Part shown: piece after piece, positions 51,240 to 64,000 of the stretch | Numbering within the stretch: the stretch's first letter is position 1 | How the letters are laid out: every line of letters starts with the position of its first letter | Assembly (NCBI RefSeq): GCF_004010195.1 | Contig: NC_057750.1 | Span: forward strand, 13,146,448-13,210,447 | DNA length: 64,000 nucleotides | Reading direction: 5' to 3' | Source of the DNA: Chiloscyllium plagiosum | Taxonomy: Eukaryota | Position numbers and translations under genes: made by a program | The notes under the pieces: model-generated | Told to the model about the DNA's origin: nothing | The model's database searches: none | What the model saw: only the letters and a program-made list of their open reading frames with translations

Positions 51240-51775
51240 TGTCATTGAGTCATGCAGCACGGAAACAGACCCTTCGTTCCGACCAGCCCATGCTGACCCT
51301 AGATGTTGTAATGGTGCCCACATCCACCACTTCCTCAGGAAATTCATTCCACACACAAACCACACCCTCTGTGTGAAAAAGTTGCCCCTCATGTCCTTTT
51401 TAAATCTTTCTTTTCTCACCTTAAACATATGCCCCCTACCCTTGAAATCCCTCACCTTGGGGGAAAAAAACCCTCACTACCCCTTAGCTATGCCCCTCAT
51501 GATTTTGTAAATCTGCATAAGGTTAATCTGCTACGCTCCAGGGAAAAGGAAGTCTTTCCAGTCTACTTTTATATCTCAAACCTTTACTAGCAACCTCCTG
51601 GTAAATCTTTTCTGAACCCTCTCCAGTTTAATAATATCCTTCCGATAGCAGGGCGACCAGAACTGGTCACAGTACACCAGAAGAGGTCTCACCAATGTCC
51701 TGTACAACCCCAACATGGCGTCCGAACCCCTATACACAAAGGTCTGAGCAATGAAGGCAAGAGTGCTAAACGCCT
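51240..51775 (-). mobile_element. CR1 LINE 3' fragment
   Basis: GNFFTQRV motif and the shared tail. Confidence 0.82.
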
Positions 51776-52964
51776 TTGTTGGTTCTCAGCCCAAGCCCAT
51801 CCCAGTGCTCGTCTTACAAGAGCAAACAGAATGCCAGGGAACACTTCAGTCACAACAGAACCTTGGCGCTGAATTTGCTTATTAATCAGAGGAGCTATAC
51901 TTTGGGTATAAATAGTCAGGACTGGAGCCCGCTTCACCTCTTCAACTGCTCCAGTGGTGTTGACACACATTGGACTCACGGTCCCATCCATCAGTCCCAG
52001 AATCCCTCAGAGTAAAGCCCAGTGACAGGGAGGAATTTGTCCGGGGAATATTGCCATTTCCTGATTAATGACCAGTTATTTTTAGCCCAAAGTATGGAAT
52101 CGAGGCCAGCAGCATCCTCATATCAACTATGTCACTATAATATTTTTAGTTTCTGGTAAGATTAGATTAGATTACTTTACAGTGTGGAAACAGACCCTTC
52201 GGCCCAACAAGTCCACACCGACCCGCCGAAGCGTAACCCACCCATACCCCTACATTTACCCCTTACCTAACACTACGGGCAATTTAGCATGGCCAATTCT
52301 GGCCATGTCTGTGCTTACAACTCTACAAATGGATACATTAGGTTAGTTTCTTTTTAAATTCCAGATTGTCATCAATTTGAGTTTTATCCATCCACCCTCA
52401 TGGGATTTGAACCCATGCCCCAAGAATATTAATGTGAGATAGGGGATTTCTAACTCAACAACAATACCACTGCACCATCATGCCCTAGCTAGCTCTAGGC
52501 CAACCTGGTCACCCGTAATGCCAATAAACCAAGTCAACCTCATTCTTAACACAGTTATATCGAAAAGTAAAGATAACATCGAAGGTAACAAAAGGATTGC
52601 AGAATCACTAACATTTAAACATACAGATCATTGCAATCTCTGTTTCTGCTTGTGCTGCCCCCTCATGGTGAGGGAGGGAACCTTCAGCTGACTTGAACAG
52701 ACCCATAACAACAGCACGACTCAGCTGTGGATGGCCCTCAGTGAAGATCGTGTCGGAGCAGCAGCTGGGGAGGAGGGGTTATCAGGGAGCCACTCTGTAC
52801 TGGGCCAAGCACAACTCGCCAATCCTCCAGGGTGGCCCTGGACTCCTCCAGGAAGTGATGATGGGGCTCTTCCCAGCAACACGCGGGAGAGGGAGGAAGG
52901 GTTGTCATGGAAATCACCAGGGATGGGTGTTGGGTGCTGCACCCACCCCTCCTCCCCCCACTTT

Positions 52965-53355
52965 CCACCTTCAAAATCATCACTGGGATGATCTGGGCCC
53001 ACCCCCACCTTCCTGATCTAGAACCCAACTTCAATATCACCACTACGATAATCTGGGTCCACTCTCCACCTTCCTGATCTAGAACCCAACTTCAATATCA
53101 CCACTACGATAATCTGGGCCCACCCCACCTTCCTGATCTAGAACCCAACTTCAATATCACCACTACGATAATCTGGGTTCACTCTCCACCTTCCTGATCT
53201 AGAACCCAACTTCAGAATCATCACTGGGATGATCTGGGCCCACCCCCACCTTCCTGACCTAGAACCCAACTTCAATATCGCCACTACGATAATCTGGGCC
53301 CACTCTCCACCTTCCTGATCTAGAGCCCAACTTCAATCTCGTCACTGGGAAGATC
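52965..53355 (+). repeat. About 60-bp minisatellite array 1 (about 6.5 copies)
   Basis: CCACCTTCCTGATCTAGAACCCAACTTCAATATC repeated. Confidence 0.95.
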
Positions 53356-54914
53356 TGCTGCCTCTATCCTCGTGGTGACTGAGGTGAATCTGCCACACGG
53401 GTCGGTATTAACGCGAAGTAGATGCTGTTTTAAAACAGGATGCCATGCTGGTCACCAGCCGGCGTACTGTGTACAAGTAAATAAAGGGTGACTCGTTGAT
53501 GGGATACCAGCCTCTGCTCAGTTATTTCACAAGAAAGGAAAATATAAACAAAGGATTTAGGACCTCCACCGTCCAGGGGGCTGACTCTGAGAGGGCTGCC
53601 CACAGTCAGTGTTACCGCAGTTGGCTTTGGTTTTGTTTTGGTAAGTGATTCCTGAACTGGCTGATCTACACAGTCGGTTTGTTGCTGTTATTCCTAGAGA
53701 GAAATAATTTTTAAAAAAAAGCAAGATGTTGTTTATCCCGTGATATCACAAGTCACGTGACACCAGGTTATAGTCCAACAGGTTTATTTGAAATCCCAAG
53801 TTTCTCGGCTTTGTTCACCCCAATCTGACTCCGGCAATTCCACATTATGTCCATTCCATGGAAGCTGACACAAGTTCTGCTCGTCAGATGTTGTCACTAA
53901 GACGAAAGGGGGGCCTGCTCTCCAAATAACAAGGGTCTAAAACATTCTGCCTTTCCCCACTCAAATCCTCATGACGTCACCGGACTGGACGGAGATTAAG
54001 AAATGATGAAGGGCTTATGCTTGAAACGTTGACTCGCCTGCTCCTCGGGTGTGGCCTGACCGGCTGGGCTTTTCCAGCGCCACGCTCTTCAACGCTGAAC
54101 GGAGATCAATGCAGTCTCCCTAGCAGAAACCACTCCCTTCAACAACATACCCATAAATCATTGCAGGTGACAGGACACAGAGAAAGTGGCCAGTAAAGGA
54201 AGGGGCTTTGTGAATAGGGATTCCTTTCTTATTCATCAATTGGATATCACTGGTTGGAGCCAGCAATAATTGCCCCGTCCCTAGTTGCCCCTTGAGAAGG
54301 TGGGGGTGAGCTGCCTTCCTGAACCGCTGTAGTCCATGTGCTGTGGGATGACCCACAATGCCCTGGGGGGAGCGGGGGGGGGGGAGTTCCAGGATTTTGA
54401 CCCAGCGACACTGAAGGAACAGCGATATATTTCCAAGTCAGGTTGGACAGTGGTCAGAGGGAATCTTGTAGGGGGTAGTGTTCCCATGGATCTACTGGCC
54501 TTGTCCTTCGAGATGGAAATGGTTGTGGTTTGGAAGGTAATGGCTGAGGATCTTTGGTGAATTTCTGCAGGGCAGGTAAACGTTCGAGGAAGGAGACCTT
54601 GCTCAATCTGTACAAAGCTCTTGCTCAGTCTCAACTGGAATATTGTCAAGAGTTGATAAAGCCTCGTTCCTGATGAAGGGCTTTTGCCCAAAATGTCGAT
54701 TCTCCTGCTCCTCGGATGCTGCCTGACCTGCTGTGCTTTTCCAGCACCACTCTCTCGACTCTGATCTCCAGCATCTGCAGTCCTCACTTTTGCTCTCAAT
54801 TGGAGTATTGTGTCCAGCTCCAGACGCTTCAGGAAGTCATAGAGAGTCACAGAGTTTAACAAAGAGAAAAGTTCCCTTGGCCCATCATGTCCCATCTGTT
54901 CATCACACATCTAT

Positions 54915-56310
54915 CTAGAACCCAACCTCAATATCGTCACTGGGATACTCTGGGCTCACCCCCACCTTCCTGACCTAGAACCCAACCTCAATATCATCAC
55001 TGGGATACTCTGGGCTCACCCCCACCTTCCTGACCTAGAACCCAACCTCAATATCATCACTGGGATACTCTAGGCTCAACCCCACCTTCCTGACCTAGAA
55101 CCCAACTTCAAAATCGTCACTGGGATAATCTGGGATCACTCCCACCTTCCTGATCTAGAACCCAACTTCAAAATTGTCACTGGGATACTCTGGGCTCACC
55201 CCCACCTTCCTGATCTAGAACCCAACTTCAATATCATAATTGGGATACTCTGGGCTCACCCCCACCTTCCTGATCTAGAACCCAACTTCAAAATCGTCAC
55301 TGGGATACTCTGGGCTCACCCCCACCTTCCTGATCTAGAACCCAACTTCAATATCATCACTGGGATACTCTAGGCTCACCCCCACCTTCCTGATCTAGAA
55401 CCCAACTTCAATATCATCATTGGGATACTCTGGGCTCACCCCCACCCTCCTGATCTAGAACCCAACTTCAAAATCGTCACTGGGATACTCTGGGCTCACC
55501 CCCACCCTCCTGATCTAGAATCCAACTTCAAAATCGTCACTGGGATACTCTGGGCTCATCCCCACCTTCCTGATCTAGAACCCAACTTCAATTTCATCAC
55601 TGGGATACTCTGGGCTCACCCCCACCTTCCTGATCTAGAACCCAACTTCAAAATCGTCACTGGGATAATCTGGGATCACTCCCACCTTCCTGACCTAGAA
55701 CCCAACTTCAATATCATCACTGGGATAATCTGGGATCACTCCCACCTTCCTGACCTAGAACCCAACTTCAAAATCGTCACTGAGATACTCTGGGCTCACC
55801 CCCACCTTCTTGATCTAGAACCCAACTTCAAAATCGTCACTGGGATACTGTGTGCTCACCCCCACCTTCCTGACCTAGAACCCAACTTCAAAATTGTCAC
55901 TGGGATAATCTGGGATCACCCCCACCTTCCTGACCTAGAACCCAACTTCAATATCATCACTGGGATACTCTGGGCTCACCCCCACCTTCCTGATCTAGAA
56001 CCCAACTTCAAAATTGTCACTGGGATAATCTGGGATCACTCCCACCTTCCTGACCTAGAACCCAACTTCAATATCATCACTGGGATAATCTGGGATCACT
56101 CCCACCTTCCTGACCTAGAACCCAACTTCAAAATCGTCACTGAGATACTGTGCGCTCACCCCACCTTCCTGACCTAGAACCCAACTTCAAAATTGTCACT
56201 GGGATAATCTGGGATCACCCCCACCTTCCTGACCTAGAACCCAACTTCAATATCATCACTGGGATACTCTGGGCTCACCCCCACCTTCCTGACCTAGAAA
56301 CCAACTTCCA
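54915..56310 (+). repeat. 60-bp minisatellite array 2 (about 23 copies)
   Basis: Exact 60-nt period, so the columns align in successive sequence lines. Confidence 0.98.
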
Positions 56311-56729
56311 ATGGCAGAAGGGTTGAGAACCAGCCAATGCACCAAAGAAACATTGTTCGCAATTTGAACGGGAGAATCTGGCATCTACTGATAGCTGAGA
56401 GTCAGTAATAAGCTCGATAGGGAATTCAGCAAGTACTCCTCCACATAGCCAGCGGTGAGAATGTGGACAGGTCATCGGTGAGACCTCTTCTGGAATACTG
56501 CGTCCAGTTCTGTTCGCCCGGTTATTATTAAACTTCATAGGGTTCAAGAAAGACTTACCAGGACACGGCCAGGAACGGAGGGTTTGAACTATAGGGAGAG
56601 GCTGGGATTTTTATCCCTGGAGTGTAGGAGGCTGAGGGGGTGACCTTATAGAGGCTCATAAATCATGAAGGGTATGGAGTAGGGTAAATGGCAGTTGTCC
56701 TTTCCCTAGGGTAGGGCGGAGTCCAAGAC

Positions 56730-57920
56730 ACAGAGTCATAAAGATGTACAGCACGGAAACAGACCCTTCGGTCCAACCCGTCCATGCCGACCAGATATCC
56801 CAACCCAATCTAGTCCCACCTGCCAGCACCCGGCCCATATCCCTCCAACCCCTTCCTATTCATATACCCATCCAAATGCCTCTTAAATGTTGCAACTGTA
56901 CCAGCCTCCACACTTCCTCTGGCAGCTCATTCCATATACGTACCACCCTCTGTGTGAAAAAGTTGCCCCTTTGGTCTCTTTTATATCTTTCCCCTCTCAC
57001 CCTAAACCTATGCCCTCTAGTTCTGGACTGCCCGACCCCAGGGAAAAGACTTTGTCTATTTATCCTATTCATGCCCCTCATAATTTTGTAAACCTCTATA
57101 AGGTCACCCCTCAGCCTCCGACGCTCCAGGGAAAACAGCCCCAGCCTGTTCAGCCTCTCCCTGTAGCTCAAACCCTCCAACCCTGGCAACATCCTTGTAA
57201 ATCTTTTCTGAACCCTTTCAAATTTCACAACATCTTTCCGATAGGAAAGAGACCAGAATTGCACACAATATTCCAACAGTGGCCTAACCAATGTCCTGTA
57301 CAGCCGCAACATGACCTCCTAACTCCTGTACTCAATACTCTGACCAATAAAGGAGAGCATACCAAACGCCTTCTTTACTATCCTATCTACCTGCGACTCC
57401 ACTTTCAAGGAGCTATGAACCTGCACTCCAAGGTCTCTTTGTTCAGCAACACTCCCTAGGACCTTACCATTATGTGTATATGCCCTGCTAAAATTTGCTT
57501 TCCCAAAGTGCAGCACCTCACATTTATCTAAATTAAACTTCATCTGCCACTTCTCAGCCCACTTGGCCTATCTGGTCCAGATCCTGTTGTAATCTGAGGT
57601 AACTGTCCACTACACCTCCAATTTCGGTGTCATCTGCAAACTTACTAACTTTACCTCTAATACTCGCATCCAAATCATTTATATAAATGATGAAAAGTAC
57701 TGGACCCAGCACCGATCCTTGTGGCACTCCACTGGTCACAGGCCTCCAGTCTGAAAAACAACCCCCCACCACCCACCCTCTGTCTTCTACCTTTGAGACA
57801 GTTCTGTATCCAAATGGCTAGTTCTCCCTGTATTCCATGAGATCTAACCTTGCTCACCAGCCTCCCATGGGAAACCTTGTCGAACGCTTTACTGAAGTCC
57901 ATATAGATCACGTCCACTAA
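56730..57920 (-). mobile_element. CR1/HER1 LINE 3' 1.2 kb (young family)
   Basis: [25 protein letters not shown] and RLRGDLIEVYKIM motifs. Closely similar to the 39323-40875 copy. Confidence 0.95.
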
Positions 57921-58089
57921 GTCCCCTAGCTCAGAGGGAAGTGAAAGATCCTGCAATCGGATCTGTTTCTAACAAGGACAGTGACATGTATCATACACAG
58001 TACTCTGAATATGATCTCACCAACTCCATGTGTAACAGAGACATAACCTCCCCACTCCTGTACTCAACTCCATTCAACATAAATCATAG

Positions 58090-59645
58090 CATTCACACAC
58101 AGACACACACACACACCCACACACACTTACAAACACACACTCTCTCGCACACACACTCATGCACACATACGCACTCTCTCACGCACACATATGTACACAC
58201 ACACCCAGACACACATCACGCACAGTCACACAGATGCACAGTCTCACACATGTACCCAAACACACACTCACTCCACACACATACACACACATAAATCCAA
58301 ACACACACTCACATACACACACCACCATACACCAGATACACACTGAATCACACTTGCAAACTCTCACACATCCACTCACACTTACTGACAGTTAGACTCT
58401 ATGTATGATTGAGTGAGTGTGAGTGTGTATGATTGGTGAGTGTAAATGTGAGTGTGCATAAGTAGGTGAGTGTGAGTGTGTGTGATTGTGTGATAATGTG
58501 AGTGTATGATTGGTGAGTGTGAGTGTGTATGATTGGGTGAGTGTAAATGTGAGTGTGTATAATTGGGTGAGTGTGAGTGATTGTGTGATAGTGTGATAGT
58601 GTGATAGTGTGAATGTATGATTGGGTGAGTATGAGTGTGCACATGAACATGGATGTGTGTCTGTGTGGTCATGTATGTGACTGGGTGTGCACATACATGC
58701 ATATATGTGTGAGCTTTTGTATGAATGGGTGCGAGCATGTGAGAATATGTGTGCATGTATGAATGTGTATGTGTAACTGTGTGCATGTATGTGTGAGATT
58801 CCATGTTACTGTGTGACTGTGTGTTGGGGTGTGTGTGTTTGTTGGGTGTGCNNNNNNNNNNNNNNNNNNNNNNNNNNNNNNNNNNNNNNNNNNNNNNNNN
58901 NNNNNNNNNNNNNNNNNNNNNNNNNNNNNNNNNNNNNNNNNNNNNNNNNNNNNNNNNNNNNNNNNNNNNNNNNNNNNNNNNNNNNNNNNNNNNNNNNNNN
59001 NNNNNNNNNNNNNNNNNNNNNNNNNNNNNNNNNNNNNNNNNNNNNNNNNNNNNNNNNNNNNNNNNNNNNNNNNNNNNNNNNNNNNNNNNNNNNNNNNNNN
59101 NNNNNNNNNNNNNNNNNNNNNNNNNNNNNNNNNNNNNNNNNNNNNNNNNNNNNNNNNNNNNNNNNNNNNNNNNNNNNNNNNNNNNNNNNNNNNNNNNNNN
59201 NNNNNNNNNNNNNNNNNNNNNNNNNNNNNNNNNNNNNNNNNNNNNNNNNNNNNNNNNNNNNNNNNNNNNNNNNNNNNNNNNNNNNNNNNNNNNNNNNNNN
59301 NNNNNNNNNNNNNNNNNNNNNNNNNNNNNNNNNNNNNNNNNNNNNNNNNNNNNNNNNNNNNNNNNNNNNNNNNNNNNNNNNNNNNNNNNNNNNNNNNNNN
59401 NNNNNNNNNNNNNNNNNNNNNNNNNNNNNNNNNNNNNNNNNNNNNNNNNNNNNNNNNNNNNNNNNNNNNNNNNNNNNNNNNNNNNNNNNNNNNNNNNNNN
59501 NNNNNNNNNNNNNNNNNNNNNNNNNNNNNNNNNNNNNNNNNGTGTGAATGTTTGAATGTGTGTGTGTGAGTGTGTGTGTGTGTTGGGGGGTGTGTTGGTG
59601 TGTGTGTGTGAGAGAGTGTGTGAATGTGTGTGTGTGTGAGTGAGA
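58090..59645. repeat. (CA)n then (TG)n degenerate microsatellites spanning a gap
   Basis: Directly visible. Confidence 0.93.
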
Positions 59646-60690
59646 GTCTGCCTTCTTCACTGACCTCTGAATGGAGTTGAGGTGAGTCTGTACAACATGA
59701 TCTATGACAGTACCGAGTATGAAGTTCAAAGCAGAGGGTGTGACTGACCTGTACAAATTGGATGCTGTAAGGGAAACCCTTGTTTGAGCCAGGCTCCCCA
59801 GTGCAGCCGCCTTTAATCACATCCCCAGCCCCAGGATTATTTTCCATCAGTCCGCTGAGAGGGAGGGAAACAATGACAAGGCTAATACATTTTCCACGGG
59901 GATCCCGGAATTTGATTTCAGAATTGTGAAGGGGAGCAGATGGAGGTTTTAATCAGTAATATTCCAGGAATGCAGGGAATGGAACCTGAGCTGATAGAAT
60001 ATAATACAAACCACCTGGGAGTGTTCAGGCAGTGGGACTGGGGGCTGGTGGGGAGCAGGAGGTACTGTTTGCGTTAACCATTTCAATGCTGGCACCCACA
60101 GCAAAGAAGGAAGGGGATTCTCAAATGGGAACCCACACTGGGGTCCCTGGGGTGTGAAACAGGAAACGGTGTTACATTGGCCCTCAGTATNNNNNNNNNN
60201 NNNNNNNNNNNNNNNNNNNNNNNNNNNNNNNNNNNNNNNNNNNNNNNNNNNNNNNNNNNNNNNNNNNNNNNNNNNNNNNNNNNNNNNNNNNNNNNNNNNN
60301 NNNNNNNNNNNNNNNNNNNNNNNNNNNNNNNNNNNNNNNNNNNNNNNNNNNNNNNNNNNNNNNNNNNNNNNNNNNNNNNNNNNNNNNNNNNNNNNNNNNN
60401 NNNNNNNNNNNNNNNNNNNNNNNNNNNNNNNNNNNNNNNNNNNNNNNNNNNNNNNNNNNNNNNNNNNNNNNNNNNNNNNNNNNNNNNNNNNNNNNNNNNN
60501 NNNNNNNNNNNNNNNNNNNNNNNNNNNNNNNNNNNNNNNNNNNNNNNNNNNNNNNNNNNNNNNNNNNNNNNNNNNNNNNNNNNNNNNNNNNNNNNNNNNN
60601 NNNNNNNNNNNNNNNNNNNNNNNNNNNNNNNNNNNNNNNNNNNNNNNNNNNNNNNNNNNNNNNNNNNNNNNNNNNNNNNNNNNNNNNNNN

Positions 60691-63085
60691 AGTGACCATA
60701 ATTTGCTAGAATAAGGTGGAGAGTGACACAATTAAATCTGAAACGAAGGTCCTGAGCTTAAAGAAAGCTAATTTTGACAGTATGAGGTACGCTAGGATCA
60801 GCTGACCAAAGATACTTAAGGAGTTGACAATGGATACACAATGGTAGACTTTTAACGACCCCTGGATGAACTCTATCAATTGTACATCCCTATTTTGCAT
60901 GAGGGTCGTGGCTCAACCATCGCTAACTGGGGAAATCAGGGATAGTGTTGAAGCCACAGAGGAGCTGTATATATTGGCCAGAAACAGCAGCAACCTGAGG
61001 ACTGGGAGAAATTTAAAGTTCAGCAGATGAAGACAAAGGGTTTCATTTGGAAAGGAAAAATAGAATATATAAGTAAGCTGGCAGAAAACATAAAAACTGA
61101 CTGCAAAAGCTCCTGTAGATATGTGAAGAGGAAAAGACTGGTGAAGACAATGTAAGTCCCTTGCAGTTAGAATGAGGACAACTCATGACAGACATCCACA
61201 TCCAATACTGTGGATCTGCCGTCAGCAAGGAGTTCACAAATAATCTTCAGGAAATGCGAGGGGACAGAGAGCCAAGGAGGAACTGAAGGAAGTTCTTATT
61301 CGTCAGGGAATGTTACTGGGGAAATTGATGGGATTAAAACCCGCTAAGTCCCCAGGGCCAGATGCTCTGCATCTCAGAGTACTTAAGGAAGTGGTCCCAG
61401 TAATAGTAGATACATTGGTGATCATTTTCCACCATTCTGTAGAGTCTGAAAGAGTTCCAATGGGCTGGAGGGTAACTAACATAACCCCACTCTTTACAAA
61501 AAGGAGAGAGCGAAAATGAGAATTATAGGCCAGTTAGCCTGATCTCGGCGGTGGGGAAAACACTGGAGTCAAGAGTGTGGTGCTGGAAAAGCACAAGGGG
61601 TCAGGCAGCATCCGAGGAGCAGGCGAATCGACGTTTCAGGCAAAAGCCCTTCATCAGGGAAAATGGTGGAGTCAATCCTTAAGGATGTAATAACTGAGCA
61701 TTTGGAAAGTGATGACAAAATTTGTCCTAGTCAGCATGGATTCACGAAAGGGAAATCATGCTTGACAAATCTTCTGGAATTTTTCGAGAATGTGACCAGG
61801 AGAGTGGACACGGGTGAAGCAGTAGATGTTGTGAAAGGCTTTTGACAAGGTTCCACATAAGCGGTTAATAAGGGAAATTAAAGCTAGTGGTATAAGAGGT
61901 AATGTATTGACACGGATAGTGAACCAGGTAAAAAACAATGACTGCAGATGCTGGAAACCAGATTCTGGATTAGTGGTGCTGGAAGAGCACAGCAGATCAG
62001 ACAGCATCGTGAACCGGTTGGCAGACAGGAAGCAGACAGTTGGAATAAACAGATCCTTTCCAGAGTGGCAGGAAGTGTTGAGTGGGTGCCGCAGGGTTCA
62101 GTGCTGCGACCTCTGCTGTTCACAATATACATGAATGATTTGGATGAAGCAATCGAAAGCAATATCCCCAATTTAGCAGATGACAGTAAGCTTGGTGGCA
62201 GTGTGTGCTGTGAGGAGGATGCTAGGTGGCTGCAGGGTGACTCGGACAGACTGGATGAGTGGGCAAATACTTGGCAAATGCAATATAGTGTGGATAAACG
62301 TGAAGTTATCTACTTTGGTCACAAAAAAACAGGAAAACAGATGATTATTTGAATGGCTGCAATTTAGGAAAAGGTGAGATGCAGTGACACCTGGGGGTCA
62401 TGGTGGAACTATCACTGAAGGTTGGCATGCAGCTGCAGCAGGTAGTGAGGAAAGCTAAAGGCATGCTGGCCTTCATAGCGAGAGGATTTGAATATTTGAG
62501 TAAAGATGTCGTGCTGCAGTTATACAGAGCTTGGTGAGTACTGTGTGCAGCTTTGGTCTCCTAGTCTGAGGAAGGACATTCTTGCTATTGAGGCAGTCCA
62601 GCCAAGGTTCACCAGACTGGTTCCCAGGATGGCAGGCTGACCTATGAGAAAAGACTGGATCGAACTGGGCTTGTACTCACCGGAGTTGAGAAGAATGGGA
62701 GGGGAATCTCATAGAAACATACAAATCCTGATGGGACTGGACAGGCTAGATGTGGGAAGAACATTCCTGACGTTGGAGAATACCAGAGCTCCGGGTCACA
62801 GTCTAAGAATAAGGGTAAACCATTCAGGACTGAGATGAGGAAAACTTTCTCCATTCAGAGAGCTGTGAACCTGTGGAGTTCTCAAACACTGGAAGCTGTT
62901 GAGGCAAATTCATTAGGTAGATTCAAGAGTGAGCTGGGCATGGCACTTGTGGCTAAAGGGATCAAAGGATATGGGAGAGAGTGGGAGTGGGATACTGAGA
63001 TTGCTTGATCAGCCATGATCATATTGAATGGTGGTACAGGCTCGAAGGGCTGAATGGCCTACTCTTGCTCCTATTTTCTATGTTT
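60691..63085 (+). mobile_element. Old CR1 LINE ORF2 (about 2.4 kb) with two nested PLE-derived inserts (about 61570-61660 and 61928-62008)
   Basis: KSPGPDALH, SQHGFTKGKSCLTNLLEFFE and VPQGSVLRPLLFTIYMND motifs. Confidence 0.92.
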
Positions 63086-63465
63086 CTGTGTGTGTGTGTG
63101 TNNNNNNNNNNNNNNNNNNNNNNNNNNNNNNNNNNNNNNNNNNNNNNNNNNNNNNNNNNNNNNNNNNNNNNNNNNNNNNNNNNNNNNNNNNNNNNNNNNN
63201 NNNNNNNNNNNNNNNNNNNNNNNNNNNNNNNNNNNNNNNNNNNNNNNNNNNNNNNNNNNNNNNNNNNNNNNNNNNNNNNNNNNNNNNNNNNNNNNNNNNN
63301 NNNNNNNNNNNNNNNNNNNNNNNNNNNNNNNNNNNNNNNNNNNNNNNNNNNNNNNNNNNNNNTGTGTGTGCGTGCATAAGCGTGTGTGTATCTGTGTGTG
63401 TATCTGTATCTATATATGTGTGTGCGTGCATAAGCGTGTGTGTATCTGTGTGTGTATCTGTAACC

Positions 63466-63510
<45 letters not shown>
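63086..63510 (+). repeat. (TG)n microsatellite spanning a gap
   Basis: Directly visible. Confidence 0.95.
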
Positions 63511-63511
<1 letters not shown>

Positions 63512-64000
63512 CTGCCCAAGACACACACACAGAGGTGAAAAACGCAGTATATTTAGCAGATTTTCTGCTTACAGCGCTCTGTTGTCGGGGTTGGGTGCCA
63601 GGTTTTGAAAGCTGTGTCCAAGAGTGAGTGCAGCGTGGGCAAAGTGACTTATTAAGCGTTAAACATTGTGTTCCTGTGTTTTTGTGGGAATCCTAATGAT
63701 GACACCTTCCCATCGGGGTGCCATTCGATACAGAGCACCGACCGTAGCAAACAGCTGCAGCTCTGTCACTCCAGGTTGATGGCAGTTGCCAAAATGAGAC
63801 CCAAAGGAGACAGAGACAAGTCAATGATGGCTTTGGAGAAATAACAGTGATTGGGTTTGAATCGCGGCCAGGGGAAGGAAGGAGGAGGGATGGGGGGGGG
63901 CAGGAGAAACAAATCCACTACAGACCCTCAGATTCTCCGAGGGGCCAAGCCATCGCTGCTTGAGCCCCACCCACCCAACCCCCTTGGTTTGGAGCAGGAG

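Noticed and set aside
54915..56310. CRISPR-like array
   Set aside because: Whole units are repeated with no unique spacers, there are no cas genes and the context is vertebrate.
58669..59847. Long ORFs containing X runs
   Set aside because: Artefacts of N gaps and CA/TG microsatellites.

Overview
Eukaryotic genomic DNA from a gapped draft assembly (7 N-runs), almost certainly a cartilaginous fish (shark), judged by abundant HE1-type V-SINEs, Deu-domain SINEs and HER1/CR1 LINEs. The window is mostly decayed interspersed repeats: CR1, Rex1/Babar and RTE LINE fragments, Penelope-like elements (PLEs), Tigger-like MITEs, three minisatellite families and microsatellites. The only host coding sequence I can recognise is one intact, correctly spliceable minus-strand exon of CDK13 (45057-45256), with no neighbouring CDK13 exons visible. 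The most striking non-coding signal is about 15 short PLE-derived insertions from at least two families. They carry minimal hammerhead-ribozyme cores (CTGAnGA-stem II-GAAA), often as inverted pairs, and some are flanked by 14-bp direct repeats. Repeat boundaries are approximate, and family names come from recalled motifs, not database searches.
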